Counted from the first letter of the stretch, positions 18,856 to 29,580 are shown. The stretch is DNA of 64,000 bases from an uncultured Desulfarculus sp. (GCA_963665125.2 CAXXUK010000001.1:3328001-3392000); one strand, 5' to 3'. A program made the numbers and translations. The notes: generated by a model not told the origin, from the letters alone.

Positions 18856-19176
18856 TCAGCGTTTACCAACCATCAACCATTTGCTTGCGACCACAGCGAT
18901 GGTTGGCCATAAAACCGTGTTGATCAGGTCATGGGCGCTTGCGGACAGACGCAAGTAACCAAGCGATACCCAGTCATCTTTTAAATCCAGGAATTCCATA
19001 ACACCGGCAATAAAAAACACAGGCAATAAGCTCAAGTAGTCCAATCGGCCTCGCCGCCAAAAAACCACGGCCAGGAAAAAAACCAGCAGGCCTATATGTA
19101 CATGGATTGCATCCTTGGACAAATTAAGGACCTCAAGGCAAGTAAGCTTGAAATTTTGATATGCGGAAGTTTCCAT
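18856..19176 (-). CDS. Small hypothetical membrane protein
   Basis: Three hydrophobic segments; LSKDAIHVHIG. Confidence 0.65.
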   Translation of the reverse strand: METSAYQNFKLTCLEVLNLSKDAIHVHIGLLVFFLAVVFWRRGRLDYLSLLPVFFIAGVMEFLDLKDDWVSLGYLRLSASAHDLINTVLWPTIAVVASKWLMVGKR

Positions 19177-19317
19177 CGCCGCCTGCCGGTTTTAATAGGG
19201 AACCCGTTTATCCTGCCGATGTGAAGCTTTCTTTTGATAGAAACCTGAGCGGTGCGGACAATGCCGCTTTTACCGCCGTTTGGATATAAGGCCCTCACAC
19301 CGCGTAACAGCGCCAGC

Positions 19318-20574
19318 CTACAACCGCTGGATCAGATAGACATAGGCATTCAGGGGCCCGGCCTTTTGCAACTCAAAGAAGGTCTTCAACAGGGCCTTGC
19401 GGTCGCGGCTCTTGACCAGGGGCGATAGGTACACCGCGCCCTTGCGGCCCGTCCCCGCGGGCACACCGCCCAGCAGTTCGGCCAGGGAGTCGTGGTGGGC
19501 TTGCGAAAAATCCTCGCCCAGGAGGAAGTTGCCGCTGATCTCCAGATTGGCGTATTCGCGGTTGAGCTGAAGCATTTGGTCAAATGCGGTCCGGACCTTG
19601 GCCGCGTCCAGGGGCTTGCCGATGGCTTTCAGGGTGGGCGTGTCGGCCGACTCGAAGCCCACGTTGATATAGGTATGGGCCTCTAGCTGATTGATACGCT
19701 CCCATAGCCCGTCCCCAGCCTCCAGCAGCGAATCCACGCTGCCGAACAAAAACAAGCTGGGGTTGTCCAGGCCAAAGGCCTCCATGGCCTGGGCGGCGGC
19801 GCTGGTGATTACGCCGTCGTCGGCGCCCAGGGCGTCGTGGTTGGCCAGGAACATGGCCTTGTAGTTGGCCAGGTTGCGGCCGTAATAGGCCTTGAGGCCC
19901 GCGATTTGCTCTTGGATATCGTCGGCCGGGCGGGTGGCCAGACGCTGTTTGCTCTTCACCGAACAGAATTTGCAATGATATCGGCAGCCGTCGGCGATGG
20001 TCAGGGGAATCACGTCGTAATCGACGTGCCGGGTGTCCGGCGGCAGCACCGAGGGCCGCCCGCCGATGATGGAATGAAGCTCCCCGGCCCTTTTATATAG
20101 GGTGGTGTCATCGTTGCGGCACACTGAATCGATAAAGTCCCGGACCTGGGAAGGCAGGCCGTCCCGGGGCGTGCCGCTCAGGTCTGCATAGAGCTGGGAC
20201 CAGGCCGCGAAGGCCTGCATGATGTTCATGTCGTTGAACGGATTGAACTCGAACATGGGATTGCTGGCATAAGGCAGGCAGGGCAGATAATACTCGCCCA
20301 GCCAGGTAAAGATCCTCTCGCCCACCGAGCCCAGGGAATAAAAAACCCAGTCATTGCCGTCGGTGCGCTTGAGCAGTTCGCCCGGATGCCGCCAGTTTGG
20401 GCCGCGCCCCTGGATGAACTTGATCTCGCCGTTGAGGTTGAAGGTGAAGTCGTATTTCGGGGTGATGATTTCCGAATACTTGCCCACCTTCAGCGGATGG
20501 CTGGCCTTGACGAATTGGTTGGCCCCGTTTCGCTCGATGTTCAGGGTCAGGTTGTTCAGGCGGTGGGACCACAT
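19318..20574 (-). CDS. Radical SAM protein with long N-terminal extension
   Basis: GCRYHCKFC (CxxxCxxC) about 195 residues into the protein. Confidence 0.85.
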   Translation of the reverse strand: MWSHRLNNLTLNIERNGANQFVKASHPLKVGKYSEIITPKYDFTFNLNGEIKFIQGRGPNWRHPGELLKRTDGNDWVFYSLGSVGERIFTWLGEYYLPCLPYASNPMFEFNPFNDMNIMQAFAAWSQLYADLSGTPRDGLPSQVRDFIDSVCRNDDTTLYKRAGELHSIIGGRPSVLPPDTRHVDYDVIPLTIADGCRYHCKFCSVKSKQRLATRPADDIQEQIAGLKAYYGRNLANYKAMFLANHDALGADDGVITSAAAQAMEAFGLDNPSLFLFGSVDSLLEAGDGLWERINQLEAHTYINVGFESADTPTLKAIGKPLDAAKVRTAFDQMLQLNREYANLEISGNFLLGEDFSQAHHDSLAELLGGVPAGTGRKGAVYLSPLVKSRDRKALLKTFFELQKAGPLNAYVYLIQRL

Positions 20575-20637
20575 CGGCCGACCCCAAAAGAGTGGTTGTC
20601 TGGTCGCAAAAAAACCAGCATCGCATGCAAATAACGC

Positions 20638-20665
20638 TCAAGAAAGCCTTTTACCATGCCGATGA
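20638..20665 (+). promoter_or_regulatory. Sigma28 (FliA)-type promoter
   Basis: TCAAG-N15-GCCGATGA. Confidence 0.6.
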
Positions 20666-20699
20666 TTCAAATAATAGAGATAATTTCAGGGGGATTGAT

Positions 20700-21089
20700 A
20701 TGCGCATTTCCACTTTGCAGAATCTGGGCGCGGCAACGGCAGCAGCCTCGTATTCCGGTGATTCCACGAATATTAACACAGCGTTGGAGACTGAGAGTCA
20801 GGCGGATGGCCAAAGCCAGGGAGACAAGGTTACTCTCTCGCCGGAGGGTGTTGCCAAGTCCAAAGACAGCGGGGATGACACGGCTAGTCCAACAGATGCG
20901 AAACAAAAACTGATTCAGGAAATCAAGGAAAAGATCGAAAGGGTAAAGGCCGAGATCGAGGAGCTGGAAAACAGCGACATTCCGCCTGAGCAAAAAGAGC
21001 AGATGCTCAAACTCAAGCAACAGGAATTGGCCATGTATCAAGCCGAGTTGGTTGCCGCCGTGAAGGAGCAGCTGGAAAACTTGGCGTAA
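20700..21089 (+). CDS. FlxA-like protein
   Basis: Low-complexity N-terminus, DKVTLSPEG motif, C-terminal coiled coil. Confidence 0.65.
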   Translation: MRISTLQNLGAATAAASYSGDSTNINTALETESQADGQSQGDKVTLSPEGVAKSKDSGDDTASPTDAKQKLIQEIKEKIERVKAEIEELENSDIPPEQKEQMLKLKQQELAMYQAELVAAVKEQLENLA

Positions 21090-21239
21090 AGATAAAAAAC
21101 CATGGTTTATCCACAGATGCCCTGTAACTAGCCGTTGACAGGGCTTTTTCATTGGGCCTGCCCAACACTGCGGCACCGTCCCGCGCCTAACCCGCTTAAA
21201 AAACACGGCTTTGGTCCGGCGAACAGGCCACAAAAAACT

Positions 21240-21267
21240 TCAAGAACCAAGGCCGCAGTGCCGATCA
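21240..21267 (+). promoter_or_regulatory. Sigma28 (FliA)-type promoter
   Basis: TCAAG-N15-GCCGATCA, same spacing as at 20638. Confidence 0.6.
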
Positions 21268-21305
21268 AAATTACTGAATGAACAAATTCCATACGCGGGT
21301 GACCC

Positions 21306-21683
21306 TTGCAGATATCGAACCTGATGAACCAAAGCGCCATAACAGCGGCGGCCTCATATGCCGGGGCCAACAGCACCGAAGCCTCGGCGGAAACCGGAAC
21401 CCAGGACAACTCTCAAGGCCTGGACAAGGTCACCCTTTCATCCGAAGGCCTGCGGCGTTCCCAGGAAAGCCAGACGTCGTCGAGCACCGACTCCTACGCC
21501 AAGGTTATTTCCGATATCAAGGAAAAGATTACGGCGGTCAAGGCCGAAATAGCGGAATTGAAAAACAGCAACCAGCCGGAAGAACTGAAAAAGCAACAAA
21601 TAAAGGCCAAGCAGCAGGAGCTGTCAGTATTCCAGGCGGAGTTGATCAACGCAATGACTCAGCAACAGAGCAGCATGGGCTGA
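21306..21683 (+). CDS. FlxA-like protein (tandem paralog)
   Basis: DKVTLSSEG, IKEKI..VKAEI.EL and KQQEL...QAEL shared with 20700-21089. Confidence 0.65.
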   Translation: MQISNLMNQSAITAAASYAGANSTEASAETGTQDNSQGLDKVTLSSEGLRRSQESQTSSSTDSYAKVISDIKEKITAVKAEIAELKNSNQPEELKKQQIKAKQQELSVFQAELINAMTQQQSSMG

Positions 21684-21723
21684 CAACGGCCCAAGGAGAT
21701 CGGCTAAACCTACCTACGCCCTG

Positions 21724-23061
21724 TCACTGACCCGCTGACAGGGTTTTTTCTTTTAGCTTGTCAAACACCGTTTTCAGGTGGAGCAGGAAGTCGTCCGCGT
21801 CGGCATAGCCCTTCAAGGTCATGTCGGGCATCAGGTTGCCGCTGCCGTCCATGAACACCACGGTGGGTAGGCCGGTGACGCCGAGATTCCTTTGGATGCG
21901 CCGCAAGTTCTGGGTCGGCTTGGTCATGTCCACCTTCATGGTCTTGAAAAAGCCCAAGGCCTTGATCACTCTGGGATCGGCATAGGTGGTGGTCTGCATC
22001 TGGATGCAGTAGGCGCACCAGTCGGCGGTGAACTTGATGGCGATGGGCCTGTTCTCCTGGGTGGCCTGATTCATGGCGTGCATGGAGAACTTCTCCCAGG
22101 CCACCTGGGATTCCGGGGTCTGGTGATGCCAGACGATGAACGCGGCCGCCAGGATGGCCGCCACGCCGAATACCTTTTTAAAAACGACAAATCCCTTGGC
22201 CCCGCCCTGGTGCACAAAGCCCAGGTAGGCGCCGCCCACGGCTAAGAGGCTGGCCATGAGCCAGCTTCCGGCCTCAAGACCCACCAGGGGCAAGGCCACG
22301 TAGGAGGCGGCGGTCAACAACATGAAGCCGAAGAGCTTGCGCACCCAGATCATCCACTCGCCGGCCCGGGGCAACAGCCCGGCCACGGTGTCGGAAAACA
22401 TGGCCACCACGGCCAGGGGCAGGCCCAGGCCCAGCGACAGGGACATGAAAACGGCAAAGCCGTATACCGGACTGCCCACCTCGGCCACATGGCCCATCAG
22501 GCCCGCAACCACCGGTCCGGCGCAGGGCGCGGCCAGCACACCGGACAACAGGCCCATGAAAAAGGCGCCGCCCAGTCCGGCCCGGTTTTTGGCCGCCGCC
22601 CTGGTCAGCGACTGGGGCATGCGCAATTCCCACAAACCGAACATGCTCAGGGCCAAGGCCACCAGGATGGCCACCAGGACGATGATCACCGGAGTGTATG
22701 ACAATGCCTGGCCGATGATGCCGCCGGTCATGGCCGCCACGGTGCCCAGGCTGGAATACATGGCCGTAATGCCGGCCCAATAGGCCAGAGCGCCCAGAAC
22801 AGCATCCTTGCGCTTGCCAGTGCCCCGGCTGCCGAAGAAGCTGATGGTTATGGGGATTACCGGGTATACGCACGGCGTCGCGTTAAGCAAAAAACCAATG
22901 CCGAAACTAATGGCCATGACCACGGGAATGGATCGTCCGGCCAAGGATAACGGCTCTTCAGCCGCCAACGCGGGAAAGCACCAAAGGACCAAAATTGGAA
23001 AGACAAGATAGCCGATAAGCGTCAGTTTCTTAAGAAATTGCTTTTGACAGTGCGGTTGCAT
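21724..23061 (-). CDS. DsbD/CcdA-type thiol:disulfide interchange protein with thioredoxin domain
   Basis: TPCVYP and APC membrane cysteines; C-terminal WCAYC. Confidence 0.88.
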   Translation of the reverse strand: MQPHCQKQFLKKLTLIGYLVFPILVLWCFPALAAEEPLSLAGRSIPVVMAISFGIGFLLNATPCVYPVIPITISFFGSRGTGKRKDAVLGALAYWAGITAMYSSLGTVAAMTGGIIGQALSYTPVIIVLVAILVALALSMFGLWELRMPQSLTRAAAKNRAGLGGAFFMGLLSGVLAAPCAGPVVAGLMGHVAEVGSPVYGFAVFMSLSLGLGLPLAVVAMFSDTVAGLLPRAGEWMIWVRKLFGFMLLTAASYVALPLVGLEAGSWLMASLLAVGGAYLGFVHQGGAKGFVVFKKVFGVAAILAAAFIVWHHQTPESQVAWEKFSMHAMNQATQENRPIAIKFTADWCAYCIQMQTTTYADPRVIKALGFFKTMKVDMTKPTQNLRRIQRNLGVTGLPTVVFMDGSGNLMPDMTLKGYADADDFLLHLKTVFDKLKEKTLSAGQ

Positions 23062-23311
23062 TCCCGGGGCCCCTTTTGCCGTAATGCTGTGAATTTTGAC
23101 CTAGCATTTAAAAATACCGGTTTGGACCGATGTTGGTCAAATAAAAGCCACACTAATGCACAAACAAAGACCTGTTTGGCACATTATTCGAACAAAAACA
23201 GCGATTAATGTTTACAGACGACCCAAACTTCTGGTATTTACAGCACAATATATTGTGCCGGAACTGTGTTTGGTGCGCATATACTCCGGAGTCAGCCAGC
23301 GGCGAGGGTTC

Positions 23312-25147
23312 ATGAAAAAAACAATTTTTCTTCTAATACTGGTTTCCGCGTTCGCCCTAAGTGGTTGCGCCACGACCCAGACATCTTCCAATCAAGCCGC
23401 CGATAAAACCTGCCCCGTTGACGTCGACCAAAAGGAGCAGATCAAGGCTGGTATTGCCGAGGAGCTCAAAGTCCTTGGCGAATCGGAAATCGTCGAGCAA
23501 AAACCCGCCCCGGACGAGTGCGACCCGGACAAGGTAACCTACGATATTCCCATCGTCATCAATGCCGCCGTTGAGCAGCATATGGATTATTTTCAAAAGA
23601 AGATCCCCAAGCGGTTCAAAATGTGGCTGGAACGCTCGGGACGCTTCACGCCCATGATGCGCGCCATCCTCAAGGAACACGGCATGCCCGAGGACCTGGT
23701 CTACCTGGCCCTCATCGAAAGCGGCTTCAACTGCGACGCCTATTCCCGGGCCGCAGCAGTGGGACCTTGGCAGTTCATTCGGGGTACGGGCCGCCGTTAC
23801 GGTCTGCGTATAGACTATTGGGTTGACGAACGCCGGGATCCGGTCAAGAGCACCCATGCCGCGGCCAAGTACCTCGGCGACCTCTACGCTGAATTCGGAT
23901 CGTGGTATCTGGCCGCCGCAGGGTACAACGCCGGCGAGGGCAAGGTCCGCCGGGCCCTGAAGCGCTACAAGGCCGATGACTTCTGGTCAATCAGCCAGGG
24001 CCGTCGTTACTACCTGAAACGCGAAACCCGCCAATACGTGCCCAAGATGATCGCCGCGGCGATCATAGGCAAAAACCCGGAAAAGTACGGCTTCAAGGAA
24101 CTGAATTACTGGGAGCCGCTGGAATACGACACGGTAACGGTCCATTCCGGCACCAGCCTGGGCGTGGCCGCCAAGCTTGCCGGCATAAAGACGAAAGAGT
24201 TGGTGCAACTCAACCCGGAGTTGCAGCGCTGGTGCACCCCGCCCACGGGCATGTATTCGCTCAACGTGCCCAAGGGGCAAAAACTTTCCTTTGAACAGGC
24301 CTATGCCAAGCTCTCGGAACAGGAACGCAAGGCCCGCATCGGCATGATTACCGTCAAGGTGCATAAGGGCGACACCATGGGCCGCATCGCCCGTTCCCAC
24401 CGGGTGCGCCTTTCCGATCTGCTGGCTTTGAATCCGCATATCAACCCCCGGCGCATGCGCATCGGCCAAAAGGTATACGTGCCGCCCAGCAGTTCGGGCG
24501 CCCGCTACTATGCCTCTGCACCCCAAACCAGCACCCGCAACACGGCCAGGGCTCTGCCGCCCACAAGGCAAGGCACCCGCAAAATTTACCATACCGTCAA
24601 AAAGGGTGATTCCCTGTGGGACATCGCCCAGAGTTACAACCTGAATTGGCAGGATGTAAAGCGCTGGAATGGACGGCGCAGCAGCCGTCTGAAGGTCGGC
24701 GACAAGCTGGTGCTCTATGTTCCCCAGGCCAAGGCCGAGGCAAAGGTGCCCTCGGGCCTGGGTTCCGGCACGACCTATATAGTGCGCCGCGGAGACAATC
24801 TCTGGACCATCGCCCGCACATTCGGCGTCAGCACCACCAGCATCAAGCAGTGGAACAGCCTGCGCAGCAACCGCCTGGACGTTGGCGACAAGCTCATCGT
24901 CTATCCAAAGGGCTCGCCAAGCGTGGCCAAGGCCCAGACGGCGGAGGTCATCACCACGGCCAAGGCTGAGACCGGCGCGGGCATCACCGCCACCGACGCC
25001 GCGACCCCAAAGACCTATCAGGTCCAGCGGGGCGACACCCTTTGGGATATCAGCCGCAGGTTCAACATCAGCACAAGCCAGCTCAAGCGGCTAAACGGCA
25101 TGCGCAGCAACCGCCTGATGCCCGGAGACGTGCTCAACGTCCGCTAA
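23312..25147 (+). CDS. MltD-like lytic transglycosylase lipoprotein with LysM repeats
   Basis: Lipobox LSGC; IESG, GPWQFI and YNAGEG SLT motifs; at least four LysM domains. Confidence 0.9.
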   Translation: MKKTIFLLILVSAFALSGCATTQTSSNQAADKTCPVDVDQKEQIKAGIAEELKVLGESEIVEQKPAPDECDPDKVTYDIPIVINAAVEQHMDYFQKKIPKRFKMWLERSGRFTPMMRAILKEHGMPEDLVYLALIESGFNCDAYSRAAAVGPWQFIRGTGRRYGLRIDYWVDERRDPVKSTHAAAKYLGDLYAEFGSWYLAAAGYNAGEGKVRRALKRYKADDFWSISQGRRYYLKRETRQYVPKMIAAAIIGKNPEKYGFKELNYWEPLEYDTVTVHSGTSLGVAAKLAGIKTKELVQLNPELQRWCTPPTGMYSLNVPKGQKLSFEQAYAKLSEQERKARIGMITVKVHKGDTMGRIARSHRVRLSDLLALNPHINPRRMRIGQKVYVPPSSSGARYYASAPQTSTRNTARALPPTRQGTRKIYHTVKKGDSLWDIAQSYNLNWQDVKRWNGRRSSRLKVGDKLVLYVPQAKAEAKVPSGLGSGTTYIVRRGDNLWTIARTFGVSTTSIKQWNSLRSNRLDVGDKLIVYPKGSPSVAKAQTAEVITTAKAETGAGITATDAATPKTYQVQRGDTLWDISRRFNISTSQLKRLNGMRSNRLMPGDVLNVR

Positions 25148-25170
25148 GGCCCTTCACCTTCAAAATAAGC

Positions 25171-25197
25171 AGCCGCCCCCATTCGGGGCGGCTTTTT
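25171..25197 (+). terminator. Intrinsic terminator
   Basis: AGCCGCCCC-CATTC-GGGGCGGCT then T run. Confidence 0.75.
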
Positions 25198-25388
25198 CTA
25201 TCCGAGAAAAATTCGGCCATCGCCAATCAGCATATTTCATGCGCCCTGAAAAGTATTGGGCGGGCCTCCGGGGCAAGCACCAAACCCCGAAGACCCACCC
25301 ATGATCGCCCTATTCACGGGCGTTTCGTAGATTCACACACCTTTCGCGCCGCCGGCCACCCCGCCGGGCTAGCGGTGCGGGCCAAGGC

Positions 25389-26339
25389 TCAGTTGACCAC
25401 GCAGACGGTCATGCCCTTGGCCAATTGCAAAACCTTGGCCGTCACCCGGCCAATGGGGAACTCGCGGATGTCCGAAAGCCCCCGCCGTCCCATGACGATG
25501 GTCCCGTATCGGCCCTGGTGGGCCCGGTCCACGATGGCCTTGGCTCGGCTCGATACGTCAAAAATGACGTTCTTGGTGATGCGGCCTTGATCAATACCAG
25601 CCTTGTTAAACTCCTCGGAGCACTGGTTGAGGATGTCCTCGGCGCGCCACTTGGAGACCTTTTCGCTTTCCTGATACTGGAAAAGCGGAGGCACCTCGTC
25701 AACCAGCAGGGTGTATTGATTGGCCAATCCGAATGAACGGACGGCATGGAACACCTCGATTGGCACGCTGTCCTTGACGATCCGGGACAAGTGCGCGCCA
25801 AAGCGCAGGGAATTTTCCGAGCCGTCCACGGCCGCCAACATGGGGCCGGGCTTGGCGTTCTTGCCCACCACCCACAGCGGCAGCCAGGTCAGGTTGTTCA
25901 CCAACTTGCTGGCCACGCTGCCCAGGATCATGCCCTTTATGGCTCCCAGGCCGCGCCGGGCGATGACCACCGCATCGTAGCCGTTCTTGGCCTCGGCGAT
26001 TATGTCGCGGGCTATACCGGTGGATCGTTCATGAAGTTCGACCATGATCTTTTCCTGGTCAAATCCCGACTTGACCAGGGTGGCCTTGGCCTTATCCAAA
26101 AACTGCCTGACCTGCTTGCGCCTGGTCACATCCCAGGCCTTGACCTCGGAGATCCGAAACAGGAAGTCAAGGTCCTTGTCAATATCCCTGAACCCGTCCG
26201 GCAATTGATCGTGCACGTTGAATATCTTGATATCCACGGAACCGGGCTGGAATTGGCCGGCAACATAGCGGATCATGGACATTGCCCGATCAGAGCCGTC
26301 CACCGCTGCCAGCACCTTTATCCGGTTCGCAGTCATCAT
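25389..26339 (-). CDS. Universal stress protein, two USP domains
   Basis: AVDGS twice; RRGL...GSV and MGRRG...GRV. Confidence 0.9.
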   Translation of the reverse strand: MMTANRIKVLAAVDGSDRAMSMIRYVAGQFQPGSVDIKIFNVHDQLPDGFRDIDKDLDFLFRISEVKAWDVTRRKQVRQFLDKAKATLVKSGFDQEKIMVELHERSTGIARDIIAEAKNGYDAVVIARRGLGAIKGMILGSVASKLVNNLTWLPLWVVGKNAKPGPMLAAVDGSENSLRFGAHLSRIVKDSVPIEVFHAVRSFGLANQYTLLVDEVPPLFQYQESEKVSKWRAEDILNQCSEEFNKAGIDQGRITKNVIFDVSSRAKAIVDRAHQGRYGTIVMGRRGLSDIREFPIGRVTAKVLQLAKGMTVCVVN

Positions 26340-26782
26340 TACATTCCTCCTGTCCTTCTTATTAATGCATGGGCCTCGGCCTTGCGGATGCGCTCTTCGT
26401 GCTCCGCTTTGCGCTTGCGGGCTTCTTCGAGTTTGACCAGCAGCTCTTCATGTTGCGCCGGTTTGAGCAGATAGTCGAAAGCGCCCAGCTTCAGCCCCGA
26501 TACGGCGGTGTCGATGGTGCCGTGGCCGGTCAGGAGAATCACCTCCACGATGGGATATTTTGCCTTGATTTCCTTGAGCACCTCGATGCCGTCCATGCCG
26601 GGCATCTTGATATCCAGGATGACCACGTCGGCGTCCCAGCCTTCAGCCAGAATGGCCAAGCCCGAGCGTCCGTCCAAAGCCGAACGAACATTGTTGCCTT
26701 CGTCGGTCAGGCGCATGCCCAGCATGTCCACGAAATCTGATTCGTCGTCTATCACCAAAATATTGATCGGTATCTTGACCAT
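26339..26782 (-). CDS. Stand-alone response regulator
   Basis: IDDE, LDIKMPGMDG, LTGHG, KP. Confidence 0.9.
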   Translation of the reverse strand: MVKIPINILVIDDESDFVDMLGMRLTDEGNNVRSALDGRSGLAILAEGWDADVVILDIKMPGMDGIEVLKEIKAKYPIVEVILLTGHGTIDTAVSGLKLGAFDYLLKPAQHEELLVKLEEARKRKAEHEERIRKAEAHALIRRTGGM

Positions 26783-26796
26783 ATCGGTTTTCCTTC

Positions 26797-27981
26797 CTAC
26801 AGGTCCGGCCCAAGATCGGGCCGCACCGGCGAAACCAAAGGCTTTCTGGGCAGCACCATACGGAACACCGCCCCATAACCCAACCGGCTGTCCACGGTCA
26901 TCGTTCCTCCCAGCTTTTCGACGATGCCCTTGGTCACGCTCAGCCCAAGGCCGGTGCCTTTTCCCGCCGGTTTGGTGCTGAAAAAGGGATCGAAAATCCG
27001 GCTAAGGTTCTCCCGCGGTATACCCGGTCCGGTATCTTTTATGGTTACAACAACGTCATTGCCGCTGATCTCCGTGTCGACCCAGACATTGCCGCCCTTT
27101 TTTTCACCCACCGCCTGGATCGCGTTGGTCACCAGGTTGATGAGCACTTGGCGCATCTGGTAGGGATCAGACCATATGGCCAATTTTCGATCCCGGTGAA
27201 GGACCTCGACCTCGGCGTTTTCCTCCTTGGCCGTTTTACTTGTCAGATCCACCACCTCTTTGGCCAGTTCAACCAAGTCGAACTCCTGGATCTCCCAGTC
27301 GTTCTTTCTGGCGAAATCCAGCAATTGGTGGGTTATGCGGCTGGCCCGCTCCACACTGGAGGCTATTTTGCCCAGGGCCAGTTCAGCCGACTGGCGGAAT
27401 CCCTCGGGCACATCTTCCGAACGGTCCAGGCGCCCCTTCAGGAATCCCGTGGCCTCGTTGATGATGGCCAGGGGGTTGTTGATCTCGTGAGCAACCCCCG
27501 AGGCCATTGTGCCCAAAGCGGCAAGGCGTTCGGCCACGCTCATGCGCCGTTCCATTTCCCTGCGGAACTCGGCCTCCATCTCCTGGTCATTGAGCAGTTT
27601 GCGCATCTCCACGGCTTGCTTCAACTTGCCGATCAGATGCTCCATCTCAATAGGCTTGGTCAGGTAGTCGAAAGCCCCGCTTTTGATTCCCGTCACGCCG
27701 TCTTGCACGCAGGCCTGGCCGGTGAGCATTATCACCTCGGTCTTGGGCCAGCGATGCTTGATCTCGTCGAGGACCTGCAATCCGTTCATTCCCGGCATGT
27801 TCACGTCCATCAGCACCACATCGGCCTGTTGAGACTTCAAGGCTTCGATGGCCTGGAGGCCGCTCTCGGCCTGCCGGACATCAAACCCCCGCCGATCCAG
27901 CCGTTTGGCCAGTGGCGTGCGGAATTCAGCCTCGTCGTCAACCAGCAGCAGGCCTATGCGTTTTTCTTGATCAGACGCCAT
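26797..27981 (-). CDS. Hybrid receiver-histidine kinase
   Basis: REC domain plus AHEINNP, N box and GTGLGL. Confidence 0.9.
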   Translation of the reverse strand: MASDQEKRIGLLLVDDEAEFRTPLAKRLDRRGFDVRQAESGLQAIEALKSQQADVVLMDVNMPGMNGLQVLDEIKHRWPKTEVIMLTGQACVQDGVTGIKSGAFDYLTKPIEMEHLIGKLKQAVEMRKLLNDQEMEAEFRREMERRMSVAERLAALGTMASGVAHEINNPLAIINEATGFLKGRLDRSEDVPEGFRQSAELALGKIASSVERASRITHQLLDFARKNDWEIQEFDLVELAKEVVDLTSKTAKEENAEVEVLHRDRKLAIWSDPYQMRQVLINLVTNAIQAVGEKKGGNVWVDTEISGNDVVVTIKDTGPGIPRENLSRIFDPFFSTKPAGKGTGLGLSVTKGIVEKLGGTMTVDSRLGYGAVFRMVLPRKPLVSPVRPDLGPDL

Positions 27982-28002
27982 GCTTCAACAACTATCCTTT
28001 GC

Positions 28003-29580
28003 CTACAGCAGACCCAAGATGTGCCACCATATGGCGGCGATGGCCAGGACGATGCCCAACATGATCGGCGTCGCCACCAGACCGGCCTTGGTCAGATCCC
28101 AGGCCCGGAACTGCTTGAACGAGTAGGCGATGGCGTTGGGCGGGCAGCCGATGACCAACAAATAGGCGAAGCTGGTGCACATACCCAGACCAAGGGCCAG
28201 CACCCTGGGGTCGACGCCTTCAAGCTGGGCCAGCGGGATCACAATTGGCAAGATGAGCGCAGCGGCCGCTACGTTGGCCATGGCGTTGGTTACCAGCGCA
28301 CCGAAGACGCCCACACCCACCAATAACAGCAGCCAGCCGCCTCCCTTGACCAGCGGGAAGAACAGGTTGGCGAAGTAGCGGGCCGCGCCCGAGGCGTCCA
28401 TGGCCAGACCAAGGGCGATGCCGCCGCCGAAGATGAACAGCGCGGTGCCCCATTCCAGGTTGGTGTGGATGTCCTCCCACTTGAGGATGCCCACCAGAAC
28501 CAACACGGCCACTCCGATCATACCGCCTATGGAATAATGATAACCGTGAATGCCCTTGGTAAGCCAGCTAAGCAGCACCAGGCCGAAAATTATCAGCGTC
28601 AGCTTTTCCTGGGTGGTCCAGGGGCCGGGCTTTTCGTCGTAGTCGGGCAGCTTGAAGTTGGAATCGGGCCGGAACACGAAGTACAGGACCGTAACCACCG
28701 CCGGCACGCAGATCAACGCTCCGGGCAGGGCGTAGAGCATCCAGTCGAAGAAGGTCAGTTCCATTCCCGTAAACTCGTGCAGGAACGCCGCCGAAACCAT
28801 GCAGCGGCCGCCGCCGACCAGGGTGCCCATGCCGCCCGCCGAGCAGGCGAAGGGCAGGCTGAGCATCATGAAGCGGGCCGTGTTGGTGTGCGGGGCTATG
28901 CCGGCGGCACGCATCAGCGGCAGCATGGTGGCGATGCCGATGGCCGCCGCCGCCGCGTCGTGCATGATGCCCGAGGCCAGGCCCAGGCTGATGGACAGGA
29001 TAAAGGTGAACTTGATCACGCTGTCTCCCGCCTTGCGGGCCACGGCATGGGCCAGCCTTTTCGTCAGGCCCACCTTTTCAAGGGCGATGGCGTAGATCAG
29101 GCAGCACATGATGAACACGACCACCGGGTGCATGTAGCTAGACCATGCCCCCTTGACGTCGGTAATGCCGGTCATGATCAACAGTACGCCGATACATATT
29201 GCCGTAATTTCCAGCGGCACGGGCTCGGCCACGAACAAAAAGACCAGGAACGCCAATACGGCCAGGAACCGCTTTGCCGTGGGCGAAAGCCCGTCCACGT
29301 ATTCGATATCCACGTTCTTGAGGTCAAGGCTTTTGACAGTCTCTTCCAGAGCCGCGGCCGTGCCTTGCTCGGTGCCCGGATGCTTGGCCCGGAGCTTGTA
29401 ATTGCCCTTCTTGTCCGGCTGGCCGTCCAAGGTGAATTGATCGCTGGCAGCGGCCAGGACTTTCTGACCCGGATCGCCGATTACCTCGAATGTTGTACCC
29501 TCCGGGCGAGGCAGCAGCATAACCACCACACCCAAGACGATTGCCCCCACTAGAAGCAGAAGCTTACTTTTAGGAATCAT
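28003..29580 (-). CDS. SLC13/DASS family anion permease
   Basis: Multi-TM; GGMGTLVG, N..AN and PPNAIAY motifs. Confidence 0.88.
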   Translation of the reverse strand: MIPKSKLLLLVGAIVLGVVVMLLPRPEGTTFEVIGDPGQKVLAAASDQFTLDGQPDKKGNYKLRAKHPGTEQGTAAALEETVKSLDLKNVDIEYVDGLSPTAKRFLAVLAFLVFLFVAEPVPLEITAICIGVLLIMTGITDVKGAWSSYMHPVVVFIMCCLIYAIALEKVGLTKRLAHAVARKAGDSVIKFTFILSISLGLASGIMHDAAAAAIGIATMLPLMRAAGIAPHTNTARFMMLSLPFACSAGGMGTLVGGGRCMVSAAFLHEFTGMELTFFDWMLYALPGALICVPAVVTVLYFVFRPDSNFKLPDYDEKPGPWTTQEKLTLIIFGLVLLSWLTKGIHGYHYSIGGMIGVAVLVLVGILKWEDIHTNLEWGTALFIFGGGIALGLAMDASGAARYFANLFFPLVKGGGWLLLLVGVGVFGALVTNAMANVAAAALILPIVIPLAQLEGVDPRVLALGLGMCTSFAYLLVIGCPPNAIAYSFKQFRAWDLTKAGLVATPIMLGIVLAIAAIWWHILGLL

